Below are positions 38,377 to 48,534 of a stretch of 49,200 nucleotides of DNA, one piece after another. This DNA comes from Candidatus Saccharimonadota bacterium (GTDB lineage Bacteria; Patescibacteriota; Saccharimonadia; Saccharimonadales; JAUPVS01): the NCBI GenBank assembly GCA_037139495.1, contig JBAXGG010000003.1, positions 1-49,200 of the forward strand, written 5' to 3'. Below the pieces are notes generated by a model that was given only the letters and a program-made list of their open reading frames with translations, made no database searches and had not been told where the DNA came from. The position numbers and the translations under genes are program-made. Each line of letters opens with the position of its first letter. Positions within the stretch are counted from its first letter, which is position 1.

Positions 38377-39723
38377 ATGAAGAAGAGCGTGGTGCGATAT
38401 GTTTGCCGGAATTGTGGCGCCGAGTCGAATAGTTACTCTGGTAAATGCTATAGTTGTGGTGAGTGGAACACGTTAGAGGAAGAGCTACAGGTCGCGGCCG
38501 AACAAGTCATCAAAAATGGTCAGATTCTAAAGCCGGCCACCGTAACCAAAGTTGCCCGCAAAGACCTTAGTAAACGTCTGCCAACTGGTTTGAGAGATGT
38601 TGATATGGTCTTAGGGGGTGGCTTAGTAGCCGGTAGCGTCTGTTTAATCGCCGGTGAGCCGGGAATTGGTAAAAGCACTATACTGTTACAGATTGCACAC
38701 GGAGTGGGTCTGGCTTTGCAAGTTTTGTACGTCAGCGGGGAAGAGTCAGCTCATCAGCTAGGGATGCGAGCCGAACGGCTTAATGCTAATGCCAAACACC
38801 TGTCGGTTGCCACTAGTAACAGCGCTGATGATATTGCAGCTACTATTGCCAGTGGTGTATACAGCTTAGTGATTATTGATTCTATCCAAACTATGAGTTG
38901 TCAGGCCATCAGTTCAGCGCCCGGCAGCGTTAGCCAGATTACCAATAGTACGCACCTATTAACAGCCGCCGCTAAGCAGTCCAACACAGCTTTAATAATT
39001 GTTGGACACGTTACTAAGGAAGGCTCAATTGCCGGGCCGAAAGTACTTGAACACCTAGTAGATGTAGTTCTGCAGCTAGAAGGTGACCGCTACGGTGGTT
39101 TTAAGGTACTACGCGGTGTCAAAAACCGTTTCGGCTCGACTAACGAGGTGGCTATTTTTGAGATGCAGGAACAAGGCTTAACAGCTGTAAAAAACCCATC
39201 TTCGGCCTTGCTAGCCGAACGTCAGGTTAGTGACGGCTCAGTTGTTCTGGCGACCATGGAAGGTTCGCGGCCAATTTTGGTTGAGGTTCAGGCGCTAGTG
39301 AACAAAACATCATACGGTTATCCTAAGCGTACAGCCAGCGGTATTGATTTAAATCGGGTTAATCTGTTGGTAGCCGTTTTAGAACGCCGAACAAAGTTAA
39401 ACCTTAGCGACCAAGACATCTTTATTAACATCGTTGGTGGCTTGAGGCTAACCGAACCGGCCGCGGACCTAGCGATTTGCCTAGCAATTGGCTCGGCAGC
39501 GCGCGGCTTGCAGCTAAAGCAAAACGCCGTTGTTTTTGGTGAAGTCGGCTTATCTGGTGAGGTGCGTCACGTTCCCTACATAGATAAGCGCATAGAAGAG
39601 GCCAAGAAACTCGGTTTTGACGCCGTTATAGGTCCAGTAAACCGCAGCGGAAAAAAACCGGCGTTCCTAAATGGTGTGACCGACGTCCGCAGTGCTCTTA
39701 ATCAATTTTTAGAGAAAGAATAA
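38377..39723 (+). CDS. radA: DNA repair protein RadA/Sms
   Basis: CxxC-CxxC zinc finger, GEPGIGKST, KNRFG, Lon-like C-terminus. Confidence 0.97.
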   Translation: MKKSVVRYVCRNCGAESNSYSGKCYSCGEWNTLEEELQVAAEQVIKNGQILKPATVTKVARKDLSKRLPTGLRDVDMVLGGGLVAGSVCLIAGEPGIGKSTILLQIAHGVGLALQVLYVSGEESAHQLGMRAERLNANAKHLSVATSNSADDIAATIASGVYSLVIIDSIQTMSCQAISSAPGSVSQITNSTHLLTAAAKQSNTALIIVGHVTKEGSIAGPKVLEHLVDVVLQLEGDRYGGFKVLRGVKNRFGSTNEVAIFEMQEQGLTAVKNPSSALLAERQVSDGSVVLATMEGSRPILVEVQALVNKTSYGYPKRTASGIDLNRVNLLVAVLERRTKLNLSDQDIFINIVGGLRLTEPAADLAICLAIGSAARGLQLKQNAVVFGEVGLSGEVRHVPYIDKRIEEAKKLGFDAVIGPVNRSGKKPAFLNGVTDVRSALNQFLEKE

Positions 39724-39724
39724 A

Positions 39725-40411
39725 ATGAATTATCTACAAATACTATTATTAATCATCATTATCGTCATACTGCTGTTTAAGCGAAATTCAAAATTAGAAA
39801 TCAAAAATACTAAAGTTGGCAATGAAACTATTCTGGATACTTGCGCTCTAATTGACGGTCGTATTATAGAGCTTGCCAGTAACGGCTTTTTGAGTGGCCC
39901 CTACATAATTCCACAATTTATATTAGGTGAGCTCCAGCACCTCGCAGATGGTTCTGACGCTCACAAACGCGAGAGGGCTCGCTTTGGCCTAGAAGTCGTT
40001 CAGCAATTACAGTCAATCGACCAGCTGGACGTCATTGTTGATACTACCGAATTCCCCGAAATCATTCATGTCGATGATAAATTGGTCGCGCTAGCTCAAA
40101 AGCATTCGGCCCGTCTATATACAACCGATTATAATCTTAACAAAGTCGCTGACATTAAAGGAGTTACTGTTCTTAACGTTAACGAACTAGCGCAACAGCT
40201 TCGGCCGCTAGCTTTGCCTGGAGAAGTTAAGACGATTAAGATTGTCCAAAAAGGCAGTAGCAAGAATCAGGGTGTCGGATATTTAGATGACGGCACTATG
40301 GTGGTCGTTGACGCGGCCGCTCGTTCGGTTGGTAAAACTGTAACTATTGAAGTTACCCGGATTCACCAGACTGTAGCTGGAAAAATGATTTTTGCGAATA
40401 TAAAAAACTAG
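39725..40411 (+). CDS. PIN/TRAM-domain protein (YacL-like)
   Basis: LDT..LIDGRI, ELQ, VDDKL, TTDYNLNKVA, QGVGYLDDGTMVVV. Confidence 0.9.
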   Translation: MNYLQILLLIIIIVILLFKRNSKLEIKNTKVGNETILDTCALIDGRIIELASNGFLSGPYIIPQFILGELQHLADGSDAHKRERARFGLEVVQQLQSIDQLDVIVDTTEFPEIIHVDDKLVALAQKHSARLYTTDYNLNKVADIKGVTVLNVNELAQQLRPLALPGEVKTIKIVQKGSSKNQGVGYLDDGTMVVVDAAARSVGKTVTIEVTRIHQTVAGKMIFANIKN

Positions 40412-40431
40412 CCTGAACTCAAAACTTTAAA

Positions 40432-43400
40432 TCAGGTGGTGCCTGGGGAATGTACACCGGTTTCATCTTGGCCGTACCAGGACCCAGATGGAGGGGTTCC
40501 GCCGGAGCAGATTCCTACAGATGCAGGCTTAGACGAGCAAAGCACAGTAGCGGGGTATTTATAAATCGTTACATTTCCTGTACCGCCAGACCAGCTATAG
40601 TTGCCACCTCCATAGTGCACACTCCCTAGTGGGACAGCCGAGACGGCGGCGGCGCAGTTGACGTCGGTTGACGCAGAGGCCGTATAAAGGACGCTATCCG
40701 AAACCACGACTGATACGGAGGTTGTACCTGGTGCAGCCGTGTAGGAGGCGCTAGAAGGACTGTCGCTTACGTTTGAGGAGCTGACTGACTGGCCATTAAC
40801 TGTGAAGGTTATATTACCAGTGAAGTCGCTGCTAGATAGCGGGTGAGTTCCTTGGGAAACCGTGGCTACAATGTCACATAGGGTAGCTGTAACAGTAATA
40901 CTTGGTTTGGCATCATCGCAATTGTGTACATCATCATTACCGCTAGTGGCAGTTGAACCAGTATTGGCGGCACCGGATCCGTTTACGAATATATCTACTG
41001 AGAAGGAGTTAGCGTTGGCATTAGCTTGGTTATCTTTGGCGGCTGGTGGGGTACAGCTAGTAGCTGTTTTTTTAGAAACTTTATCGATAGTTTGATTGCT
41101 GGCCCCAGCTGTTTTGCCTTGGTACCAAGAAGGGAACAGATCGGTGGCACGGCTTGGTTCGACACTACCAATACCTACGTGTGTTCGGACCACAAAAGCA
41201 GGCAATGTCTTAAGCCCATTAGGGGCGACCCAATTGACAGCTTTTATGTTGGCATGCGCCGCTTCCATCCAGCCTCGAGCTAGTGGTGTCGTTAGGTACT
41301 CCATTGCCGTGTGCAGTTCCTTGTTACGGGTGTGGTTACCGGCCCAGGTAACAACAGCGTATTTAGTTGACCAGCTGGTCATTAAACCATCAAACCCATT
41401 GTTGGTGGTACCGGTCTTAACGGCAAATTTCCAGCCGTTTTTTTGGTTCTGGAACTTATAGCTGCTTGGTAGGTAGCTGGAGTTAGGATCACTGGCCATG
41501 TCGTTAACTATGTATGCCGAATCGGCTTTAACAACTTGCTTGCCTTTTGGTTGGGTCCATTGACTGACTGTTTTGTTTGCCGAGTCAGTAATTTTAAGGA
41601 TATAGGTCCGAGGGATAGCATTACCAAGGCGCGCTAGTGTCGATAGACCGTTAACGTGGTCGTCAAGGTGGAGGAAGGCACCGTCCCCGATAGCTGAGGC
41701 ACCATAACACTGACTAACATCAGCCGAAGTAGCATTATTTATGTCGACGCCGTCTTTATAACACTGATAGGGCTTAGGATTATAGGGGTTGGCCATCATG
41801 GCTGACGCGGTGCTAATAACTTTATTGATTGAGTTAACTTTACCGTCGCTGGTATCGTTTGGTACGGCCGAAAGCATGGCTTTAACAGCTGGGACGTTCC
41901 TGGAACCACCTAACGCGTATCGCAACGTCATAGGACCAGGGTACTTAAAGTCATAATCCTGCAAACAGTTACCACCTTGTTTAGGCTGGGCTTTATTTGT
42001 ACATGGATATCCTGGTAGGGCACCCTGTTGATCAAATAGTACCGAGCCAGCACCGACGTTATTATTGTTATCGATAAAGGTTGTGTAGTCGTAAGGCTTA
42101 AAACTGGAGCCCGGCGGAATCAATGCCGAGGCTGCATAATTAATTTTTCCGTGTTCAGCATTACTGAAGTCCGTTCCACCTACTAGAGATACAATCTGGC
42201 CGGTTGCAACATCTTCGGCAACCAATGCTTGTTCGTCGGCAACGCCGCCAGTTAAACGGTAAGCATTCGAAATATTTTTGGCAACTAATCCTTCGGCAGT
42301 GTCTTGCAGGGTCAGGTCTAGAGTTGTCGTAACCTTCCAGCCACCACGCTTAGTAGTTGCTTCTCCGTATTTTTGGTTTAACTCTTGTTTGGCAGCCTGC
42401 ACGAAGTAAGGCGCTTTAATTCCATTATACAAAGGTTGTAATTGATGTACCTGGGCAATTATATCTACTTTTTTGGCAGCTTCGGCTTGGACTTTGGTGA
42501 TTTTTCCTTGGGATGCCATTTGATCTAGGACATATTGTTGTCGGGAAATTAAAGCTGGCTGATCAAATAAGCTGGCTGTTGCGCCGGGGTTATAAAGAGG
42601 ATCACTAAATGGTGAGTAGGCAGTAGGGGCTTTAGGGATCGAAGCTAACATCGAGGCCTGAGCTAGTGTTAGGTCTTTAGCACTAACTCCGAAGTAGTCT
42701 CGAGCTGCTGTTTCGACACCATACTCGACTCCACCATAAGGAGCAACGTTCAAGTAACCTGTTAGAATTTCGGACTTTGTATATTCACGTTCCAGCTCAA
42801 CTGCCAGGATCAGCTCTTTAACTTTGCGAGTTAAAGAGCGGTCGCGAGTCCAGTTTTGATTTAACTTAACAACTTGCTGAGTGATCGTTGATCCGCCTTG
42901 TGTGCCGCCACTTCCAAAGGCGTCGTTTATACCGGCACGGGCAATACCACGAACGTCAAAACCGCCGTGCTTGAAGAAATCTTTATCTTCAATAGCTACG
43001 GTAGCATCTTTCATGTATTGTGAAATTTTATCCTGAGAAACAGGAGTACGTTTAACGGCAGCGTAGTCTTGCCATAATAAGGTCTGCCCAGTTCTGTCGT
43101 AATAGCTTATACTGCCGCCGAGGTTCGTACCAGATATATCTTTAAGATTCGGCAGATCTTTGCGGAAATAAGAAAAAAGACCAACTAATAGTAAGAAACC
43201 GGCCACCATGCCGATACCTAAAAGTTTGAGGGCCATGATAGCACCATCACGACTAAACCAATACTTATAAAGTCGTTTAGGCCCTAGACGTGCAAATACT
43301 CTTTTAACTTGTCCCTTAGGAAGAGTACTCAAAGCCGCAGCTTTGCGCATAGAACGGGTATTTTTAGAGGATTTAAGGCGGTCAGTTAAACTGCGGTGCA

Positions 43401-43494
43401 ACTTGATAGTAGTGCCACTTTTGGTAACAAAATAATTCTTACCAACCCGTCCTGGTTTACGAGGCTTATTGCTGTTGGATTTCATCTGTGCCAA
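40432..43494 (-). CDS. Class A penicillin-binding protein (GT51 transglycosylase + transpeptidase) with C-terminal extension
   Basis: EDKDFFKHGG, GGSTITQQ, RKVKE; SSFK, SRN, KTGT; TTG start with SD AAGGAG. Confidence 0.93.
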   Translation of the reverse strand: MAQMKSNSNKPRKPGRVGKNYFVTKSGTTIKLHRSLTDRLKSSKNTRSMRKAAALSTLPKGQVKRVFARLGPKRLYKYWFSRDGAIMALKLLGIGMVAGFLLLVGLFSYFRKDLPNLKDISGTNLGGSISYYDRTGQTLLWQDYAAVKRTPVSQDKISQYMKDATVAIEDKDFFKHGGFDVRGIARAGINDAFGSGGTQGGSTITQQVVKLNQNWTRDRSLTRKVKELILAVELEREYTKSEILTGYLNVAPYGGVEYGVETAARDYFGVSAKDLTLAQASMLASIPKAPTAYSPFSDPLYNPGATASLFDQPALISRQQYVLDQMASQGKITKVQAEAAKKVDIIAQVHQLQPLYNGIKAPYFVQAAKQELNQKYGEATTKRGGWKVTTTLDLTLQDTAEGLVAKNISNAYRLTGGVADEQALVAEDVATGQIVSLVGGTDFSNAEHGKINYAASALIPPGSSFKPYDYTTFIDNNNNVGAGSVLFDQQGALPGYPCTNKAQPKQGGNCLQDYDFKYPGPMTLRYALGGSRNVPAVKAMLSAVPNDTSDGKVNSINKVISTASAMMANPYNPKPYQCYKDGVDINNATSADVSQCYGASAIGDGAFLHLDDHVNGLSTLARLGNAIPRTYILKITDSANKTVSQWTQPKGKQVVKADSAYIVNDMASDPNSSYLPSSYKFQNQKNGWKFAVKTGTTNNGFDGLMTSWSTKYAVVTWAGNHTRNKELHTAMEYLTTPLARGWMEAAHANIKAVNWVAPNGLKTLPAFVVRTHVGIGSVEPSRATDLFPSWYQGKTAGASNQTIDKVSKKTATSCTPPAAKDNQANANANSFSVDIFVNGSGAANTGSTATSGNDDVHNCDDAKPSITVTATLCDIVATVSQGTHPLSSSDFTGNITFTVNGQSVSSSNVSDSPSSASYTAAPGTTSVSVVVSDSVLYTASASTDVNCAAAVSAVPLGSVHYGGGNYSWSGGTGNVTIYKYPATVLCSSKPASVGICSGGTPPSGSWYGQDETGVHSPGTT

Positions 43495-43598
43495 ATTAGC
43501 TCCTTGATGACACTATTATAGCAAACAATACCAGAATAATAATGCTTATGTTGTTTCCGTTTTGGTAGCAATAGCTGACTCGAGTTATACTGGTGCAT

Positions 43599-44861
43599 AT
43601 GACTAAAACAACCTCTAGTATGACATTAAGCCAGGAACTGACCTGGCGTGGCTTCGTAAATCAGATGACCTTCCCTAATATATCTAAATTAGATGAGAAA
43701 AAGCTGAAGTTTTACCATGGGTTTGATGCCTCATCCGACTCTTTAACCATCGGTAACTTAGCGGCTGTCATGATGGACAAAACTTTTATACGTCATGGTT
43801 ACGAAGCCGTTATTCTAGCCGGCGGCGCTACAAGTTTAATCGGTGACCCGGGTGGCAAAGACAAAGAGCGTCCCTTACAGGCCGAAGAAACGATTCATAG
43901 CAATGTGGCGGCTGTTAAATATCAGCTAGAACAATTGCTTGGTGATAAAGTTACAATGGTTAACAATCTCGATTGGTTTAATAAGATGACAGTTGTCGAG
44001 TATCTTAGGGATATTGGCAAGTACGTCAGTATGACTCCTTTGGTTCAACGCGATTACATAGCCAAACGGATCGGTGAAGACGGTGCCGGCATTACTTACA
44101 CTGAGTTCAGCTATACGTTGTTGCAAGGTTACGATTTCCTCAAGCTTTACGAAGATCACCAGGTTACTTTGCAGCTATCGGGCGCTGATCAATGGGGAAA
44201 CTGTATATCCGGAGTTGACCTGGTACGACGAGTTAAGGGAGTAGAAGTGAATGCCTACACCTTTCCGTTAACAATTAATAAGGCGACCGGTAAAAAATTT
44301 GGTAAGAGTGAAGACGGCGCTGTATGGCTGGATCCAGCTAAAACCTCACCAACTCAGCTATATCAATTTTGGATTAACATCGATGATGAGGGTGTTGAAG
44401 GTTACCTAAAGATTTTTACAGAGCTAGATAAAGATAACATCGAAAAAACCATGCATCATCATAATCAATCCCCTCAACAAAGGGCCGCCCAGACTGTGTT
44501 GGCCCAAGAAGTAACTAAATTAGTCCACGGCGAAGCCGAAATGAAAAAAGCCGAATCAGTCACTGAATATCTAGTTGGCAAGGCGCCGATTAAAGAGGCG
44601 GGCGCCATTACGTTGGCTGTAATTCGTAAAGAGCAGCCTAGCGGCAAAAGCCAACCGACCGGCAGTATAATCGAAGCTCTGGTTAGTAGTGGCTTAGCTA
44701 GTTCTAACACTGAAGCCCGCCGCCTAATATCTGGTAACGCTATTTCTATCAATGACCAAAAAATTAACCGCGAAAACTTTAAGTCTGAAGATTTTCAGAA
44801 TGGCCGACTCCTAATCCGTAAGGGTAAACGTTTTAAAGACAGCGCCCTAGTGGAACTTTGA
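43599..44861 (+). CDS. tyrS: Tyrosine-tRNA ligase
   Basis: GFD, LTIGN (HIGH variant), IGDP, LLQGYDF, DQWGN, KFGKS, C-terminal S4 domain. Confidence 0.96.
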   Translation: MTKTTSSMTLSQELTWRGFVNQMTFPNISKLDEKKLKFYHGFDASSDSLTIGNLAAVMMDKTFIRHGYEAVILAGGATSLIGDPGGKDKERPLQAEETIHSNVAAVKYQLEQLLGDKVTMVNNLDWFNKMTVVEYLRDIGKYVSMTPLVQRDYIAKRIGEDGAGITYTEFSYTLLQGYDFLKLYEDHQVTLQLSGADQWGNCISGVDLVRRVKGVEVNAYTFPLTINKATGKKFGKSEDGAVWLDPAKTSPTQLYQFWINIDDEGVEGYLKIFTELDKDNIEKTMHHHNQSPQQRAAQTVLAQEVTKLVHGEAEMKKAESVTEYLVGKAPIKEAGAITLAVIRKEQPSGKSQPTGSIIEALVSSGLASSNTEARRLISGNAISINDQKINRENFKSEDFQNGRLLIRKGKRFKDSALVEL

Positions 44862-44881
44862 GTCTGCTATACTGAATCCTT

Positions 44882-45661
44882 ATGAATAAAACTATTACCA
44901 AAACCCCCAAAAAAGCCGATCAATACAATGACCCTAGCCATAACTACCTCAACTACTGGGAAGGCCGAGATTATGAGAATGATGCCGAAGTCATCGCTAT
45001 CAAGCGTTTTCTTAAAGGTAAGCACTTTAAGCAAGCCGTCGACATTGGCGGTGGATATGGCCGGTTAAGTGTGCTGCTAAGTGAATATGCAGATAAAGTT
45101 ACACTTGCCGAACCATCTCAACAACAGCTTGATATTGCCAAGATCTTCCTTAAAAATTACCCGCAAATCGATCGTCAATTGATGCAGGCCGATAAACTCC
45201 AATTCCCAGACGCTTCAGTTGACTTAATCATGATGATTCGTGTAATGCATCACTTACCAGACCCGAGCGCCGAATTTGCCGAAGTCTCCCGGGCTCTAAC
45301 TCATGACGGTTATTATCTGCTAGAGATAGCCAACTATAGCCACGCTCAGAATCGCTTCAAACACGCCTTAAAGGGGCAGAAAATGCCAACTAAGCCAGTT
45401 GATATCCGCTCTGTCGAACACCGCCAGAACAAAAGCGAGATTGCCTTCGTCAACCACAACCCCAAAACTGTTATCAAGCAGTTGGCTCACGCCGGCCTTA
45501 AGGTCGAGAAGATGCTGTCGGTTTCTAATCTCCGTTCGCCAGGTCTAAAGAAGGTTTTGCCACGCTCATTTATGCTTAGTCTAGAAAAAATTATGCAGCC
45601 AACCCTGGCCCGATCTTACTTCGGTCCCAGCACCTTTTTGCTAGTTCGCAAAGCTAGCTAG
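44882..45661 (+). CDS. Class I SAM-dependent methyltransferase
   Basis: VDIGGGYGR motif I, FPDASVDLI, RVMHH. Confidence 0.88.
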   Translation: MNKTITKTPKKADQYNDPSHNYLNYWEGRDYENDAEVIAIKRFLKGKHFKQAVDIGGGYGRLSVLLSEYADKVTLAEPSQQQLDIAKIFLKNYPQIDRQLMQADKLQFPDASVDLIMMIRVMHHLPDPSAEFAEVSRALTHDGYYLLEIANYSHAQNRFKHALKGQKMPTKPVDIRSVEHRQNKSEIAFVNHNPKTVIKQLAHAGLKVEKMLSVSNLRSPGLKKVLPRSFMLSLEKIMQPTLARSYFGPSTFLLVRKAS

Positions 45662-45676
45662 TTCTATACTGTACCT

Positions 45677-47713
45677 ATGAAATTACTGAGTCCTTTAGAA
45701 GAGGTCAAGGGTGTTGGGCCGGAACTTGGCGCCAAGTTTGCCCAGCTTGGTTTAAAAACCGTACAGGATTTGTTGTTTTATTTTCCACGTCGTTACGATG
45801 ACTACTCCCACATTCAAACCATCAAAGCCCTGCATCCTGGCACTGTAACGATTAAGGCCAAGATTAAAGAAGCTAAGGGTCGGTATGTCCGTCGCGGCAT
45901 GCATATTACCGAAGCTGTCGCTAGTGACGAGTCGGGCAGTGTACGACTAGTTTGGTTTAACCAACCTTATCGAGCCGCTCAAACCAAACACGATAGTGAC
46001 TATTACATCACCGGCAACTTCGAGCTAAGCCATCAGCGGCTGGCAGTAATGAACCCATCGATGGAGCTAGTTAGTGATTTTCCGGTTAGTACGGCCCGAA
46101 TTGTACCAATTTACCGCGAAATTAAAGGTCTAAAGTCGTCCCAGATCCGCCGAGTACTAAAAAATGTTATCCCAATGGTGGATGAGCTGCCAGAGAGTCT
46201 ACCACTCTGGGTAATTAAGCAACATGATCTTGTCGACCGGGCTCAGGCTTTTCACCAGATACATTTCCCGGACAAACAAACTGATTTAGAAGAAGCGCGC
46301 GATCGATTAGGCTTTGAAGAGGTGTTCGAATTAACTCTGGCGGCGCTGTTAAACAAACACGAAATTCTAAAAGAAAAAACACTTAAGATACCTTTCAAAG
46401 AAGCCTTGGCCAAAAAGTTTGTCGGGAATTTGCCGTTTACACTAACTGATGCTCAAAAACGAGCTGTTTGGCAGATGTATTTGGATATGCAGAAACCTCA
46501 TCCTATGAACCGCTTATTGGAAGGGGACGTTGGTTCGGGTAAAACAGTTGTGGCTACTATGGTTGCCTTAATGGCCATGGAGCAGGGTTTTCAAGTGGCC
46601 TTTATGGCACCAACTGAGCTTTTGGCCCGTCAGCACGCTGAGACAATTCATAAGTTGCTGGAGCCACTAGGTTTTGCCGATCAGGTCGGGCTACTAGTAG
46701 GTAGTTTAAAGCCTAAGCAAAAAGAGCTGGCTCAAAAACACATTGCCGACGGTACTATCCGGTTGATGATCGGGACCCAGGCCTTAATTCAAGAAAAAGT
46801 CGACATGCATAAGCTAGGCCTACTGATAATCGACGAACAACACCGTTTTGGGGTAGATCAGCGTAAACAGCTACAAAAGAAGGCCGGTCACATGCCTCAC
46901 GTGCTTAACATGACTGCCACACCAATCCCGCGCAGTTTGGCATTGACGCTTTACGGTGAACTCGATGTGACGTTAATTGATTCTAAACCAGCCGATCGCT
47001 TACCAATCCAAACTGAACTGTGTTCGCCGCACTCCCGTCAACAACTTTATGAAAAAATTAATAACGAGCTCGACGCTGGCCGACAGATGTTCGTTGTTTG
47101 TCCGTTAATAACGGACTCAAAGATGTTGCAGGCTCGATCAGCCGAACAGGTATACAAAGAGTTTAGTGACAGAGACTTTAAAAAATACCGGGTTGGCTTA
47201 CTCCATGGCAAAATGAAGTCCGACGACAAAAACCACATCATGGAGAAATTTGTAAATCATGAGCTTGATATATTGGTAGCAACAACCGTGATAGAAGTTG
47301 GCGTTGATGTACCAAACGCTACGGTAATGTTAATAGAAAGTGCCGAACGATTTGGTCTGGCTCAAGCTCATCAGTTGCGGGGTAGAGTTGGCCGAAGTAA
47401 TTACCAGGGTTATTGCTACCTCATGTTGACTGATGCAAAATCGCCTAACAAGCGGCTCAGAGCGCTAGCTAACATAACCGACGGCTTTGCCCTGGCCGAA
47501 CTTGATTTGGAGCTCCGTGGTCCGGGAGCGATATACGGGACTTTTCAACATGGAGCTTTAGACTTAAGGATTGCAAAATTGACAGATTTGACGCTGATTG
47601 CTCGCGCCCGTCAAACAGCACAACAAGTTATCGATAAAGACGAAAATTTGTTAAAATACCCAGAGTTATATGAACACCTTAAAGCGCTTCGAGCCATTAC
47701 GAACCTAAACTAA
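45677..47713 (+). CDS. recG: ATP-dependent DNA helicase RecG
   Basis: GDVGSGKT, DEQHRFG, TATPIPR, HQLRGRVGR, DLELRGPG; wedge OB domain. Confidence 0.97.
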   Translation: MKLLSPLEEVKGVGPELGAKFAQLGLKTVQDLLFYFPRRYDDYSHIQTIKALHPGTVTIKAKIKEAKGRYVRRGMHITEAVASDESGSVRLVWFNQPYRAAQTKHDSDYYITGNFELSHQRLAVMNPSMELVSDFPVSTARIVPIYREIKGLKSSQIRRVLKNVIPMVDELPESLPLWVIKQHDLVDRAQAFHQIHFPDKQTDLEEARDRLGFEEVFELTLAALLNKHEILKEKTLKIPFKEALAKKFVGNLPFTLTDAQKRAVWQMYLDMQKPHPMNRLLEGDVGSGKTVVATMVALMAMEQGFQVAFMAPTELLARQHAETIHKLLEPLGFADQVGLLVGSLKPKQKELAQKHIADGTIRLMIGTQALIQEKVDMHKLGLLIIDEQHRFGVDQRKQLQKKAGHMPHVLNMTATPIPRSLALTLYGELDVTLIDSKPADRLPIQTELCSPHSRQQLYEKINNELDAGRQMFVVCPLITDSKMLQARSAEQVYKEFSDRDFKKYRVGLLHGKMKSDDKNHIMEKFVNHELDILVATTVIEVGVDVPNATVMLIESAERFGLAQAHQLRGRVGRSNYQGYCYLMLTDAKSPNKRLRALANITDGFALAELDLELRGPGAIYGTFQHGALDLRIAKLTDLTLIARARQTAQQVIDKDENLLKYPELYEHLKALRAITNLN

Positions 47714-48534
47714 TGTATTCCGGCACAACCCTTAATAAATATTCTGGTCGTTTGCTTGGTGCCCATCAAAAATTTGATAGGGTGTCGCGTAAACATCTTG
47801 AAAAACTCCTGCCGGACAATAGTCTTTTTCCTCAGACACGTACAATTCTTCAATTCGAGGGTAAAAATGGACCAGACGGAATCAAGCGAAAAAGTCCGGC
47901 TAAAGACGAGCCTTGGCATTACTACAGCCCCTTTGACGACGAAGACTCGGAATTAATCGAATTGATTACTGACCACTACAACAGCTTGGTTAAGGAACTA
48001 AAGAACGGTAATAAAGAGCGGAGTGGTTTTGAGGCGGCTTGGCTAGCCCATGCTTTGGTTGACGGCCTAACACCAGCCCATCATTACCCATACGAAGAAA
48101 AGCTAACAGAACTCCGTGGTGGAGAAGGCAAAGAAACCCGCACCACACTGAAGGCCAAACTTATAATCCCAGGGGACACTAAGCGTATCCAGGTCAGGAA
48201 TAACTGGAAAATGTGGGGCCCTAAGGGTCTTTTCACAGCTCACGGTATGTTTGAGGTTGGCATAGCGGCGATTATTAAGCCGATTGGTTTTAGCGATGCT
48301 ATACCGGATAAAGATGAGCTCCAAAAAATTCATGAGATCGGGATTGCTGAATTATTCAAACGTAACGCCCGCGAAATAGCAGTTTTAGGCATGTTCGATA
48401 GCTACCGACGCAAGGGATGGACACCAAAACTAGCCCGACAGGTTCGTCAAAAACTTGGTCCAATGATTATCCAGATGATCACTTTGGCCTGGTATGCCGC
48501 CATGGTTGACGCCCATTTGGTAGAGGCTGGATAA
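47713..48534 (+). CDS. Hypothetical protein with zinc-dependent phospholipase C / S1-P1 nuclease-like motifs
   Basis: Ordered motifs AH, GPD, WHY, HALVDGLTPAH, HGMFE; TAATG coupling to recG and rsmD. Confidence 0.75.
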   Translation: MYSGTTLNKYSGRLLGAHQKFDRVSRKHLEKLLPDNSLFPQTRTILQFEGKNGPDGIKRKSPAKDEPWHYYSPFDDEDSELIELITDHYNSLVKELKNGNKERSGFEAAWLAHALVDGLTPAHHYPYEEKLTELRGGEGKETRTTLKAKLIIPGDTKRIQVRNNWKMWGPKGLFTAHGMFEVGIAAIIKPIGFSDAIPDKDELQKIHEIGIAELFKRNAREIAVLGMFDSYRRKGWTPKLARQVRQKLGPMIIQMITLAWYAAMVDAHLVEAG

